Shown here piece after piece: positions 40,849-51,157 of a stretch of DNA of 64,000 nucleotides. Below the pieces are notes generated by a model that did no database searches, had not been told where the DNA came from, and saw only the letters and a program-made list of their open reading frames with translations. Positions within the stretch are counted from its first letter, which is position 1, and each line of letters opens with the position of its first letter. The position numbers and the translations under genes are program-made. The stretch is from Alphaproteobacteria bacterium (GTDB lineage Bacteria > Pseudomonadota > Alphaproteobacteria > SP197), in NCBI GenBank assembly GCA_964291265.2, contig OZ219747.1:1984001-2048000 (forward strand), given 5' to 3'.

Positions 40849-41867
40849 AACGGCATGGGCGCGGCGATATCCTGCCGTTCAGCCGGCGCCTGACGCCTGT
40901 CCTCGACGCGTCCCAGGACATCCTTGATCGTGGTCACGTCCGCTGACGGCCTCGAGGTCCACTCGGTGAGCAGGCGGCGCCAGGTCCTTGCACCCGGTTC
41001 TCCGTGATAGAGACCGGTCATATGACGGCTCATGCGGGCCAGGGGCACGCCCCTGGCCAGATGTTCCTCGAGATAGGGCAGCCACGACAGGACGATTCCG
41101 CTGCGTTCCCTGGGCGGTTCATCGATGCCGAAGATCAGCCGGTCGGCCTCGGCCAGCATGTAGGGTGTCCGGTAGGCGGCTCGACCGATCATCACGCCAT
41201 CGACATGCGCGAGATGGTGCGATGCCGAGGCGAGATCCCGGATACCGCCGTTGGTGATGATGGCGAAGTCGGGAAACCGGCGCTTGCTGTCGTGGACGAC
41301 ATCATGCCGCAGCGGCGGCACCTCGCGGTTTGCCTTCGGCGACAGGCCGTCGAGGTAGGCCTTGCGGGCATGCACGATGAAGGTCGCGCATCCGCCTTGC
41401 GCCACCGTGCCCATGAAGGTTGCGAGTGTCTCGTCCTCGTGCATGGCGTCGATGCCGATGCGGCACTTGACCGTGACCGGCACGCTGACCGCATCGCGCA
41501 TGGCCGCCACGCAGGCGGTCACGAGATCGGCATGGGCCATCAATGCGGCGCCGAACCGGCCGGACCGGACCCTGCTGGAGGGGCAGCCGACATTGAGATT
41601 GATCTCGTCATAGCCGAAGTCCTCGCCAATGCGCGATGCAGAGGCCAGCGTCACCGGGTCGCAGCCGCCGAGCTGCAGGGCCACGGGGTGTTCTGTCTCG
41701 TCGAAGGCGAGCAGGCGTTGGCGGTCCCCGTGCAGCACCGCGTCGGCGACGATCATCTCCGTGTAGAGGCGGGCATGTTTCGTGACACACCTCAGAAAGG
41801 CGCGGCCGTGACGGTCCGTGCAGTTCATCATCGGTGCCACAGACAGTTCATGCATGGATCGTGTCAT
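40833..41867 (-). CDS. dusA: tRNA dihydrouridine(20/20a) synthase
   Basis: SVAPMM, LQLGG, NLNVGCPS, VKCRIG, VHARKA, NREVPPL, GVMIGRAAY; start approximate. Confidence 0.95.
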   Translation of the reverse strand: MTRSMHELSVAPMMNCTDRHGRAFLRCVTKHARLYTEMIVADAVLHGDRQRLLAFDETEHPVALQLGGCDPVTLASASRIGEDFGYDEINLNVGCPSSRVRSGRFGAALMAHADLVTACVAAMRDAVSVPVTVKCRIGIDAMHEDETLATFMGTVAQGGCATFIVHARKAYLDGLSPKANREVPPLRHDVVHDSKRRFPDFAIITNGGIRDLASASHHLAHVDGVMIGRAAYRTPYMLAEADRLIFGIDEPPRERSGIVLSWLPYLEEHLARGVPLARMSRHMTGLYHGEPGARTWRRLLTEWTSRPSADVTTIKDVLGRVEDRRQAPAERQDIAAPMPFQAGA

Positions 41868-42021
41868 GTGTCCGTGTCGGCAGGTCATGTAGCACAGGCC
41901 GGGTGTCCGGTTCGACATCTCCGTCGCGGGCATGCCGCAGGAGGCGGAATCGGAACGCGTCCCTTGATCCACGGTGATCGGGTGCCACATAGCTACTCAT
42001 GGCACCGGCACTGGAACCCTG

Positions 42022-42570
42022 ATGGCGAACTCTCCCTGGCACGGCACCACCATCCTCTCGGTGCGTCGCGATGACCGTGTCGTCGTGGCCGGTGACGGCC
42101 AGGTGTCCATGGGCGACACCGTGGTCAAGGCCAACGCCGTCAAGGTCCGGCGGCTGGGGGCGGGTTCCATTCTGGCCGGATTCGCAGGCGCGACGGCCGA
42201 TGCCTTCACCCTGTTCGAACGACTCGAGGAAAAACTCGAACGCCATCCCGGGCAGCTGGCGAGATCCTGCGTCGAGCTCGCCAAGGACTGGCGCACCGAC
42301 CGTTATCTCAGGCGTCTGGAGGCCCTGATGGCGGTTGCCGACCGGTCTGTCTCTCTCATCGTTTCGGGCACCGGCGATGTTCTGGAACCCGAAGACGGTC
42401 TGATCGGAATCGGGTCGGGCGGCAACTACGCCCTTGCGGCGGCACGCGCACTCCTTGCGGTTGATGGAATCCCGGCCGAAGAGGTCGCCCGCCGGAGTCT
42501 GGAGATCGCAGCCGATATCTGCATCTACACCAACCGCCATGTCACCCTGGAGGTGCTGGATGCAGGGTGA
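42022..42570 (+). CDS. hslV: ATP-dependent protease subunit HslV
   Basis: [30 protein letters not shown]. Confidence 0.97.
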   Translation: MANSPWHGTTILSVRRDDRVVVAGDGQVSMGDTVVKANAVKVRRLGAGSILAGFAGATADAFTLFERLEEKLERHPGQLARSCVELAKDWRTDRYLRRLEALMAVADRSVSLIVSGTGDVLEPEDGLIGIGSGGNYALAAARALLAVDGIPAEEVARRSLEIAADICIYTNRHVTLEVLDAG

Positions 42571-42612
42571 CTGTCCTTGTCAGTCTCCTGCGAGGATTGC
42601 ACGGAGGCCGTG

Positions 42613-43923
42613 ATGACATCGTTCTCTCCCCGCGAGATCGTCTCCGAACTCGACCGGTTCATCATCGGCCAGACCGATGCCAAGCGGGCGGTTGCGATCG
42701 CCTTGCGCAATCGTTGGCGCCGCCAGCGGTTGGCGGATGATCTCAAGGAAGAGGTGCTGCCCAAGAACATCCTGATGATCGGTCCTACCGGTGTCGGCAA
42801 GACCGAAATCGCGCGCCGCCTTGCCCGCCTTGCCAATGCGCCTTTCCTCAAGGTCGAGGCGACCAAGTTCACCGAGGTCGGCTATGTGGGACGCGATGTC
42901 GAGCAGATCGTCCGCGATCTCGTGGAGACCGCGATCACCAGCACCCGCGAGGACATGCGCAAGGAGGTCGGGGCGCGGGCGGAACTGGCCGCCGAGGAAC
43001 GGGTCATCGACGCCCTCGTCGGTGACAAGGCAAGCCAGGAGACCCGCAACAAGATGCGGGACCGGCTGCGCCGCGGGGACCTTGATGACAGGGAAGTGGA
43101 GCTGGACCTGCAGGATACCGGAGGCGGTGCGCTGCCCACCTTCGACATTCCCGGCATGCCGGGTGCCCAGATGGGAATGCTCAATCTCAACGATGTCTTC
43201 GGCAAGGTGCTGGGCAACCAGACGCACAGGCGCAAGATGAAGGTCGGCGACAGCCACCCCGTCCTGATTGCCGAGGAATCCGACAAGCTGCTTGACGAGG
43301 AGATGGTGATCCGCGCGGCGATCGAGGCCGTGGAGCAGAACGGCATCGTGTTCATCGACGAGATCGACAAGATAACGGCCCGCAACGAGCGGGTTGGCGC
43401 CGATGTTTCCCGCGAGGGCGTGCAGCGCGACCTGCTGCCCCTTATCGAGGGGACGACGGTCGCCACCAAGCATGGATCCGTGAAGACCGATCACATCCTC
43501 TTCATCTGCTCGGGCGCCTTCCATCTCGCCAAGCCGTCGGACCTGTTGCCGGAGCTGCAGGGGCGGCTGCCGAATCGCGTCGAACTTCAGGCCCTCGACC
43601 GGCACGACTTCCGGCGTATCCTGACCGAGCCCGAGAACAGCCTCATCATCCAGTACACCGCGCTCCTCGCCACCGAGGACATCGTGCTCGACTTCCGCGA
43701 TGTGGCGATCGACGCCCTCGCGGACCTTGCCGCGAAGATCAACGAGACCGTGGAGAACATCGGCGCCCGCCGCCTGCACACCGTCATGGAAAAACTCCTG
43801 GAAGACATCAGCTTCAGCGCTCCCGACCGCAGCGGCGACACCGTCGTCATCGATGCCGCGTTCGTCGAGGAGAGGGTGGGCGAACTGGCGAGGAACACCG
43901 ACCTCGGGCGCTTCATCCTCTAG
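42613..43923 (+). CDS. hslU: ATP-dependent protease ATPase subunit HslU
   Basis: [35 protein letters not shown]. Confidence 0.97.
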   Translation: MTSFSPREIVSELDRFIIGQTDAKRAVAIALRNRWRRQRLADDLKEEVLPKNILMIGPTGVGKTEIARRLARLANAPFLKVEATKFTEVGYVGRDVEQIVRDLVETAITSTREDMRKEVGARAELAAEERVIDALVGDKASQETRNKMRDRLRRGDLDDREVELDLQDTGGGALPTFDIPGMPGAQMGMLNLNDVFGKVLGNQTHRRKMKVGDSHPVLIAEESDKLLDEEMVIRAAIEAVEQNGIVFIDEIDKITARNERVGADVSREGVQRDLLPLIEGTTVATKHGSVKTDHILFICSGAFHLAKPSDLLPELQGRLPNRVELQALDRHDFRRILTEPENSLIIQYTALLATEDIVLDFRDVAIDALADLAAKINETVENIGARRLHTVMEKLLEDISFSAPDRSGDTVVIDAAFVEERVGELARNTDLGRFIL

Positions 43924-44015
43924 CCGTCGCCCCTGTCGCGCTGCGGCGAAACCGCCTCGGCCCTGGTGCAGGCGTCACGCACGGACGATGAGGCTTAACG
44001 TCTGGCGCGAAGGTT

Positions 44016-44582
44016 TCAGGCGAAGGCGCGGCCGATGTCGCGGGCCTCGCGGATCATGTCCGCGACCCGGTTGCCGCCCTCGGTCGAATGGTGCAGGAAG
44101 ATGAAGCTCGCATCATCGATACCGCAGTACTGGAAGACCCCCTTCACGATCTCCCTCTCGATGGCCACGTCCTGTCCGGTTCTCGCATAGGTCTCGGAAT
44201 CGGAGGCAGAGAGGCCGACGGCGAGCGCCTTGCGGTGGCCGAGGGTCCCGGAGCCATAGGCAAGGTCCTTGTTCCAGACACGGTCGATCCAGCCCTTCAG
44301 CATGGCCGGGAACGACCACCACCAGATGGGAAACACGAGGATGATGGCCTCGTTGCGTTCCAGACGCGCCATTTCCCGGCGCACGGCATCGCTGTAGACC
44401 TTGTCCTCACGCCCCCAGTCCGGTTCGTCTTCCGGCATCAGCAGAGGGTCGAAGCCCTCGCGATAGAGATCGGCGATCTCGCTTCGGTGCCCGGCCTGGT
44501 CGAGGCCCGCGGCGACGGCATCGGCGATCTGGCCGGTCAGGGAATCCCTTCTGGGATGGGCCAGGACGATGAGAACCTTCAT
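44016..44582 (-). CDS. Flavodoxin-like NAD(P)H:quinone oxidoreductase
   Basis: VLAHP...S, DLY...FDP, FPIWWWSFPAMLKGWIDRV. Confidence 0.9.
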   Translation of the reverse strand: MKVLIVLAHPRRDSLTGQIADAVAAGLDQAGHRSEIADLYREGFDPLLMPEDEPDWGREDKVYSDAVRREMARLERNEAIILVFPIWWWSFPAMLKGWIDRVWNKDLAYGSGTLGHRKALAVGLSASDSETYARTGQDVAIEREIVKGVFQYCGIDDASFIFLHHSTEGGNRVADMIREARDIGRAFA

Positions 44583-45092
44583 GAATGCTCCCCCGGGTGG
44601 ACAAGGTGATCACCTGCCTCGGGTGACTGTGCTGCTCGGACCGACAACGCATGGGATCGAGCCGCACCATTGCAGCCGGGGCCACATCTGGACAGGACAT
44701 CCCTGCCCTTGAGGACGGTACCATTTTTTGGACGACCGCAGCGAATCTTGCAGTCGGCAACCAACCCGGAGACCGGCTGCAGGCGTACCGCAACAGGAAC
44801 AGGCCAGCAGTGCATTCCCGGACGACAGGGCCGGGCGCCTCGCGACGCAAGGTGCCTTTCGATCCCCGGCGCTTCGCAACACGGGGACCCGGGTTTCGAA
44901 CGAAACTGACCGGCGCCTGAACGACTTGGGGGTTGCTCTGGTCGTGTCCGTCCCTTGCTCATGGACCGTCGGGCGGATAGCGTGGCCGTGTGTGTTCAGG
45001 CGCGACCGTACCGGGACATTCGGAGCCTTGACAGAAGAAGTGCCGAGCTCCCGCATCAGCCGCAGGTTCCGCCGCCGCGCAGGGAGAGACCG

Positions 45093-46658
45093 ATGAGCCG
45101 CCGCCGTCTTCCGATCGGGATCCAGGATTTTCCGACGATCCGGAACGACGATTTCTGCTACGTCGACAAGACCCCGCTCGTCCGGCGTCTGGTGGACGAG
45201 GGGCGCCACTACTTCCTGTCCCGTCCGCGCCGCTTCGGCAAGAGCCTGCTGCTCGACACGCTGGGATCGCTGTTCGCCTGTCACGAACCCCTGTTCCGGG
45301 GACTGGACATCCATCCTCACTGGGACTGGTCCTCGCCGCATCCGGTGGTGCGGCTGAGCTTCGACGGAAAGTACAACGAGCCGGGCGAGATCGAAGGGGA
45401 CATCATCGAGCAGCTAGAGAGCGTGGAGCGCGGCTACGATCTTCCGCCAGCCCGGACCTCCGACACCGGTCCGAGGCGCCTGCGGAACCTCCTCGACCGC
45501 CTTCACTGTGGCACCGGCCGGCAGGTGGTGGTGCTGGTGGACGAGTACGACAAGCCGATCCTCGACGTGCTCCACGATCCCGGGCTTGCGAGGGCCAACC
45601 GGGACTACCTGCGCGGCTTCTACGGCATCGTCAAGGGCAGCGCCAGGCATGTCCGCTTCGTCTTCGTCACCGGCGTCAGCATGTTCTCGAAGGTCAGCCT
45701 GTTCTCGGGTCTCAACAATCTCGAGGACATCAGCCTCGATCCGCGCTTCGCCGCGATCTGCGGCTACCGCGAGGAGGATCTCGACCGTGTGTTCGGCCCC
45801 GAGCTTGTCGGACTGGACCGCGAGGAGATCCGCACCTGGTACAACGGCTACCACTGGCGGGGCGGGGAGCGGGTCTACAATCCCTATGACGTGCTGCTGT
45901 TCCTGCGGCACCGCGAGTTTCGCCCCTACTGGTTCGAGACCGGATCGCCGAACTTCCTGTTCCGCATGCTGATGGAGAAGTCGGTGAGCCCGATGGAACT
46001 GGAGGGGCGGCTGGCGGACATGTCGCTGGTCTCGAAGTTCGATGTCGGTGACATCGACATCGAGGCGCTGCTTTTCCAGACCGGCTACCTGACCATCGCC
46101 GAGGAGGAGCGGGACGACTTCGATGCTCTCTACCGGCTGGACTATCCCAACCTCGAGGTCCGCATCAGCCTGAACCGCGGACTGCTCGCCTGGCTGGGGG
46201 AGAAGGGCGTCGGTCCGCTGGAGCGGGGCCGCGAGTTCTGCGCCCTGCTGGAGGCGAACGATTTCGCTGGCTTCGGCGAGAAGCTCCGCGCCTGGCTCGC
46301 GGGCATTCCCTACCAGTGGCACGCGAAGGGCGACCTGGCGCGCTACGAGGCCTGGTATGCGAGTCTTCTCTACATGTGCCTGCGTTCGGTCGGGGTGGAC
46401 CTGAGCGTGGAGGAGGCCTCGCACCGCGGCCGTGCGGACATGGTGGTGCGCCTCGGCGGTCAGGTCTTCGTGCTGGAGTTCAAGATGGCCGAGGGCGAGG
46501 GGGACGGCGCTGCGGCGCTGGATGCGGCGCTGGCGCAGATGCGCGAGCGTGGCTATGCCGAGACCTACCGCGATCACGCCGGCCCGGTCCACCTCGTCGG
46601 CGTGGCCTGCGGGCGCGAGGCGCGTAACCTCCTCGACATCCGTGCCGAGACCGCATGA
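45093..46658 (+). CDS. AAA-ATPase-like domain + PD-(D/E)XK nuclease protein
   Basis: LPIGIQDF, YVDKT, RPRRFGKS, DEYDKP, YNPY, GYLTI, YPNLEV, GRADM..LEFK. Confidence 0.9.
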   Translation: MSRRRLPIGIQDFPTIRNDDFCYVDKTPLVRRLVDEGRHYFLSRPRRFGKSLLLDTLGSLFACHEPLFRGLDIHPHWDWSSPHPVVRLSFDGKYNEPGEIEGDIIEQLESVERGYDLPPARTSDTGPRRLRNLLDRLHCGTGRQVVVLVDEYDKPILDVLHDPGLARANRDYLRGFYGIVKGSARHVRFVFVTGVSMFSKVSLFSGLNNLEDISLDPRFAAICGYREEDLDRVFGPELVGLDREEIRTWYNGYHWRGGERVYNPYDVLLFLRHREFRPYWFETGSPNFLFRMLMEKSVSPMELEGRLADMSLVSKFDVGDIDIEALLFQTGYLTIAEEERDDFDALYRLDYPNLEVRISLNRGLLAWLGEKGVGPLERGREFCALLEANDFAGFGEKLRAWLAGIPYQWHAKGDLARYEAWYASLLYMCLRSVGVDLSVEEASHRGRADMVVRLGGQVFVLEFKMAEGEGDGAAALDAALAQMRERGYAETYRDHAGPVHLVGVACGREARNLLDIRAETA

Positions 46659-46989
46659 TCAAGGGATGACATGCTCGCGATACCGTCCACACGCCCGCAC
46701 CCGAGCAGGAGTTTCACCGGTTCGTCAAGTCAGGGCAGCAAGAGAGGTTCAGTTCGCGATTGCTCAATGCCTCCCCTGCGTCCGCGTCAGCTGATCGAAA
46801 TGTTGGCACCGATTGGACCGACGCCACCGGCGTCTTTGCTTGGCTGTTCCCTTCCGGGAATGGAAGGAACCCGACCCGCGACCACGCCCCGATGTGTGGG
46901 AGTGTCTCGACTGCGCAAGGAGGTGACCTCGGGGTCGAACCGGACGCCTGGTGCAGCGACAGGAGCAGAAACCTGGGGTAGTCTTCCGA

Positions 46990-47330
46990 CACGCATTGCG
47001 GAGTCGGTGGTGAATGTTCCCGACAGAGATGTCCTCTTCTGGTTCGGGTGGGCGGAACCTGCTCCGATCGAGACGCTCGCGGAACGATCCCGTGCAGCGA
47101 TCGATGAGTTCACCCGGCTTGAGGCGGGATGGGATGGTTGCGACGGGGTCGCGGTCCTGCCCGCCGCCGCAAGGCATGCACTTTGCCTCCTGGAGGCGAT
47201 CGGCAGGCATACGACGTTCAGGCCGGGCGTAACTCCGCTCGAACGGGAGGCTGCAACTGGAATGGTAGGTCGGCATCCATGAAATCGACGTCGGAATTTT
47301 CCCTGACCGTGCTACGTGCTTGCACCACGA
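46990..47330 (+). pseudogene. Degraded hypothetical gene with GWDG...LQLEW motif
   Basis: LEAGWDGCDG...VTPL then frameshifted GRLQLEW*VGIHEIDVGIFPD. Confidence 0.45.
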
Positions 47331-47423
47331 GCGTACTGACGATGGGGCATCATCGAGGTCCTTATTGACACTGCGCACGACATTGAAGGGATCTCGTGCC
47401 CGTTTCGAGCGTTACGACTATAG

Positions 47424-47796
47424 GTGAGCTGCACATCCACGTGTCCCCCTCCGCTGGAAGACGAAAGGGACGTCATTCTGCATGATCATTCGCAGATTGA
47501 TGCGGATGACACCTTGCTGCGCGGCATCATGTTCTTCGCGACCGCGAAATCGCCGCGTTCCGGATATCTTCGGATGCATTCAGTGCTTCCAAGCGACAAG
47601 ACTCGAGGCCTGTCACTTGCCATGAAAAAGCTGCCGGACTGAATCGGTAAGATTGTCGAGCACTGGGGTGAGGGTCGGTTTGATGCACGTTGCTTGTTTC
47701 GAGGTAGCCGAACTTCGACAAGCCAATCTCAAGGTGGAGTGGGACAGCCCTGAACCCGACGGCATTGCCCACCGTAAAATGTGGGGAAAATTATGA
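47424..47796 (+). pseudogene. Degraded hypothetical gene, possibly RES/ART-like toxin
   Basis: Fragments HDHSQIDADDTLLRGI, GLSL, FEVAELRQANLKVEWD..AH...WG across frames; family assignment weak. Confidence 0.35.
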
Positions 47797-47919
47797 AAGG
47801 AATCGCGCAGCGGTTCGCCACCAGGGACGTGGTCTGGCAGTTCCTGCTCATCGATTGACCCTCTCACGCGCTACATGAACAACGCCGGCATCAGACCGCG
47901 TGATCGTCTTTCATCCTGG

Positions 47920-48232
47920 CTACGGGACGCGGCAAGGAAACTTGTTGATCAACGCTGGGGGCCATATTGTTCAGGTGGCCGGGATTATCCGCCATCCACA
48001 GCAGGACGGCTACGGCGAGTTGTTGACGCATCGTTTCAGGATCCGGGCAAGCGACCTGCGGCTGATTCAGCCACGCCGCAGTCAGCATGTGCCCCTCCAT
48101 GATGCCCGAAACGTAGAGCATGAATTCGTGGCGCTCTGTCGCGAATGCGAGCATATCGCGCCCCGTCTCGAAAGCCCTCGCAGATGTTGCGATGAGAAAC
48201 AGGCCGGTCACCATCAGCAGCGCTCTGGTCAT
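47920..48232 (-). pseudogene. Rap1a/Tai-like immunity protein, frameshifted near the C-terminus
   Basis: Signal peptide, FETG.D, YVSG, C-P, Q..V, NPGHL; terminal ALINKFPC lies in another frame. Confidence 0.6.
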
Positions 48233-48253
48233 CCCTTCCTCCCTTGAAAATGC

Positions 48254-48837
48254 TCATTCCTTATTTGGAGGGGCGTCAAGGGACATGATCCGGTCGCGGC
48301 ATACGATGCTGGCCCCGGATTCGTGAGCCATGATGACACTCGCGAAGACGATTCTCGCCAGTTTTCCCCAAGTTCTTCGTCCCTGTCGCCATCGTCATAC
48401 CCATAATGTGCGAACCAGCGACCAACTTCGTCAGATATAGAATACGCCCCTAAGCCAATATCACTCTAATCCTGTTCAGTCACGCCCTCGGGAAAATTCG
48501 TAACGCGGGATATGACCCTTCTACGAACGATGTTGCACCATTCGTGATCAATATAGATTTCTTGGGTATTGAAAGACACATAAAGAATTATTTCGTTGTT
48601 GTCCCAATCGTAACTCACAAAAGCATGGGGAGGATCCACCATTCCGGGAGGAAGCCAATCCGAGGGATTCAAATCGCGTAACTTGCTGGCTTCCTTGTTC
48701 ATGGCGTCCATTCCCCGGTCCCACAGCGTCACCGGCGTGTTCATCAGCCACTGGCCTATCGGTCCTGGTTCGGCGATCGATGAATGCGGGCAGACCGCGA
48801 CCGCGATTGCGGTCAATGCTGTCATGGCAAGTTTCAT
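48254..48837 (-). pseudogene. Exported hypothetical protein, interrupted
   Basis: Signal peptide + AEPGPIGQWLMNTPVTLWD; TAG at 48466 followed by in-frame WFAHYGY and a probable frameshift near 48362; low GC. Confidence 0.55.
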
Positions 48838-49139
48838 GTCGCTGTCCCTTGCGTTGTCATGTCGATGCGGTGATCAGCGTCGGATCGCTGTGACGTCTTG
48901 AGAGTGTTGCAGAAGCAGACTCGATCTGGCCGTCCCGGTAGGGCAAAGTTGATCTCTCTTGGACTTCGACGGCGGTGCGTGGCTGCAAGGCAGATTGCCC
49001 TGGCGGGGCTGGGCAAGGGCGTTGCGAGGAATGCGCGTGTTTGCCATCATCGGCGAAACGCTTGCCGATGGCAGGATGTCCGGCTGCCGGGCTGTCGGGT
49101 GCGGCGTGTTGAAACGGGTGTACGTCTGATTTGTGAGAT

Positions 49140-50460
49140 TCATGCTCTTGCGCTGGCGCGCCGTTCCCAGAAGTCGTCGAAGCGGTTGCTTTCGACGGCG
49201 CAGCGCAGGGCGATGATGGCGTTGGCGCCGTCGACGGTCCAGTGCATGCCGCCTTGCTTGAGGCGGGTGCCGACGATGTTCTTGCAGCCTCCCTCGACCA
49301 CGCCGGAGGCAGCGCACAGGCCCATCGCCCTGAACCTCGGATAGTTCATTCGCTCCCGGTGCTTCCTCGCAGCTTGCGGCATGGCTCAGCAGGGCGGCGA
49401 TCACGTCGTCGACGCGGCCCTCATCAAGCTCCTCGCGCCGCTTTCTGGCCCATCGTTCGCCGATCTCGCTGCTGTGTGTTGTAGATCGCCTTGGCGACAT
49501 CGAACAGATGGCCCTTGGCGTGGAAGATGTCGACGATCTGGACAGCGTCGGGGAAGTGCTCGTTGGCGAAGTTCCATATCCATGGCGCGCCGTCGCCGAG
49601 CAGGACCTGGCGCGCTGCGCTGTCGAAGCCGCGGCGCTGGGCCTCGCGCAGGATACGCCGTGCGAAGGGCGCGGGCTCGGCGTCGGTATCCCGGCAGGCG
49701 ATGGTTTCGATGGCCGCGTTGTCGCTGGCGGAACCGGGATCGCGCACGGGGCGGCCGTCCTGGTCGGTGGTTTCCGCCGACCACACCACCGCGAGCTTGG
49801 CCTCTCGGGTCTTGGCGCCGCCGTCGGGCTGCTTGCCCGCACGCCCCGCGACTTCGGTCTTGCGTGCCGGCACGCCGGTGCCATCGAGACCGAGGTAGAG
49901 GATGGGGGCATCGCCGAACTCGGGTTCGATGACGCGGTGTTCGTCGCCTGCGATCTCACGTCCGAGAGCCTCGGCGTGGCGTTCCACCGTCTTCGGTGCG
50001 ACGGCGAGGCCGGCCAACTCGCGCAACAGGGCGCTGGAGCCCTCGAAGCTGATCCTGGCGGCAGCGATGCCGATCATGCGCAGCGACGCCGGCGACAGGA
50101 AGGTGTTCTCCATGCCAAGAGCGCGGTCGCGCGGGCTGAAGCCTGAGTGACAGCCGTCGCAGTGATACCAGGCCCGTTCCAGCGTCATCGGGCCCAAGGC
50201 GGTGATGAAGGTCTTGGGCCGGCGGCCGGCGAAGCGAGCTTTGCCGCCGCACCCGCACAGGCAGGGGCCCTGATCGTCGGAATGATCGGCGTTGAGCTTC
50301 GCGGCGACCGCCTGCCCCATGATCTGCCATGCCACCCGCCGGGCCTCAGTCTCGATCGTCTGGAAGTCGTCAAGCACGCCGACACCGATCAGGCTCGCCG
50401 CTTCGCTGACGATCTCGTGGCGGACTTCCGGTTCGAGCGCCGCGACGAAGTTTTTTTTGG
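49140..50460 (-). pseudogene. ISKra4 transposase with internal frameshifts/deletion near 49370 and 49480
   Basis: LDGTGVP, LGDGAPWIW, DIFHA, then RMNY..SGVVEGGCK..RLKQGGMHW in a separate frame. Confidence 0.85.
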
Positions 50461-50808
50461 AATCGCCTTGATGGCGTCGAGTTGCGCGTCGCACATCCGG
50501 GTGCTGACCTCGAACAGTTCACGCATAAGAGCACGGGCGCGCTGATACTCGGCCATCTGCGCCTGGGTTTCCTCGACCGCCTCGGCGGGGATGATCCGGG
50601 TTTGGGTCTTGCCCTCGACAGACCAGGTCAACGACCAGCTCGGTCCGTGACCGGGGTCTCCCTGGGCGGCACAGTGGCAGGTGGGCTTGCCGCACTTGCG
50701 GAAACGCGGCGTCAGCGAGCCGGGGCGCAGGTCGCCAAGGTCGGCAAGCTGGTTCTGGATGTCGCGGCGCCTGAGGTTGAACTCGGACAATGCGGGGGGC
50801 AGTGTCAT
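50389..50808 (-). CDS. DUF6788-like ORF of the ISKra4 element
   Basis: LRPGSL...RKCGKPTCHC..HGP; GGAGG RBS; overlaps the transposase frame at an A8 run. Confidence 0.8.
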   Translation of the reverse strand: MTLPPALSEFNLRRRDIQNQLADLGDLRPGSLTPRFRKCGKPTCHCAAQGDPGHGPSWSLTWSVEGKTQTRIIPAEAVEETQAQMAEYQRARALMRELFEVSTRMCDAQLDAIKAIPKKTSSRRSNRKSATRSSAKRRA

Positions 50809-51111
50809 CGGGGCCTCCATACTGACAGCCTAATACACTGTCAGAACAATACCCAAAAACGACCGCAGACCGCACGCTTTGTTCAAATCTCACAATCCCG
50901 ACGTACACCCTGTTGAAACCGGCCTGCGGACGGGTTATGGGTTGCATCGGCGGGTTCGCTGCGGTCCTGCGGGCGCAGGCGCATGCTTGGAATTCAGGAC
51001 GGGAGGATGAAGTCATGACGCGGATGCCAGGCGATGTCGGGATGCATGACCTGCGGCTCTTCGGGCGGGGTGCTGAGCGCCTCGCACGCGCGCGAACCCG
51101 TACTCGTCGTA

Positions 51112-51129
51112 CCCCCCCCCCCCCCCCCC
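51112..51129 (+). repeat. Poly-C tract (C18) in the 5' region of the autotransporter
   Basis: 18 consecutive C between the RBS-linked ATG 51015 and the signal peptide. Confidence 0.9.
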
Positions 51130-51157
51130 TCAAGAGTCAGGGCGCGGAGCTGAGCCG

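Larger units (their letters stand above)
49116..50910 (-). mobile_element. ISKra4-family insertion sequence
   Basis: 25-bp TIR GGGTGTACGTC....TTGTGAGATT (22/25) and 9-bp TSD TGTTGAAAC at 49107-49115 and 50911-50919. Confidence 0.92.

Noticed and set aside
40833-41867. dusA-associated integrative island
   Set aside because: No integrase and no duplicated dusA fragment seen; dusA abuts hslV normally
44600-45090. Short ORFs between the flavodoxin-like gene and the AAA-ATPase gene
   Set aside because: No motifs, RBS or coding-like pattern; treated as intergenic
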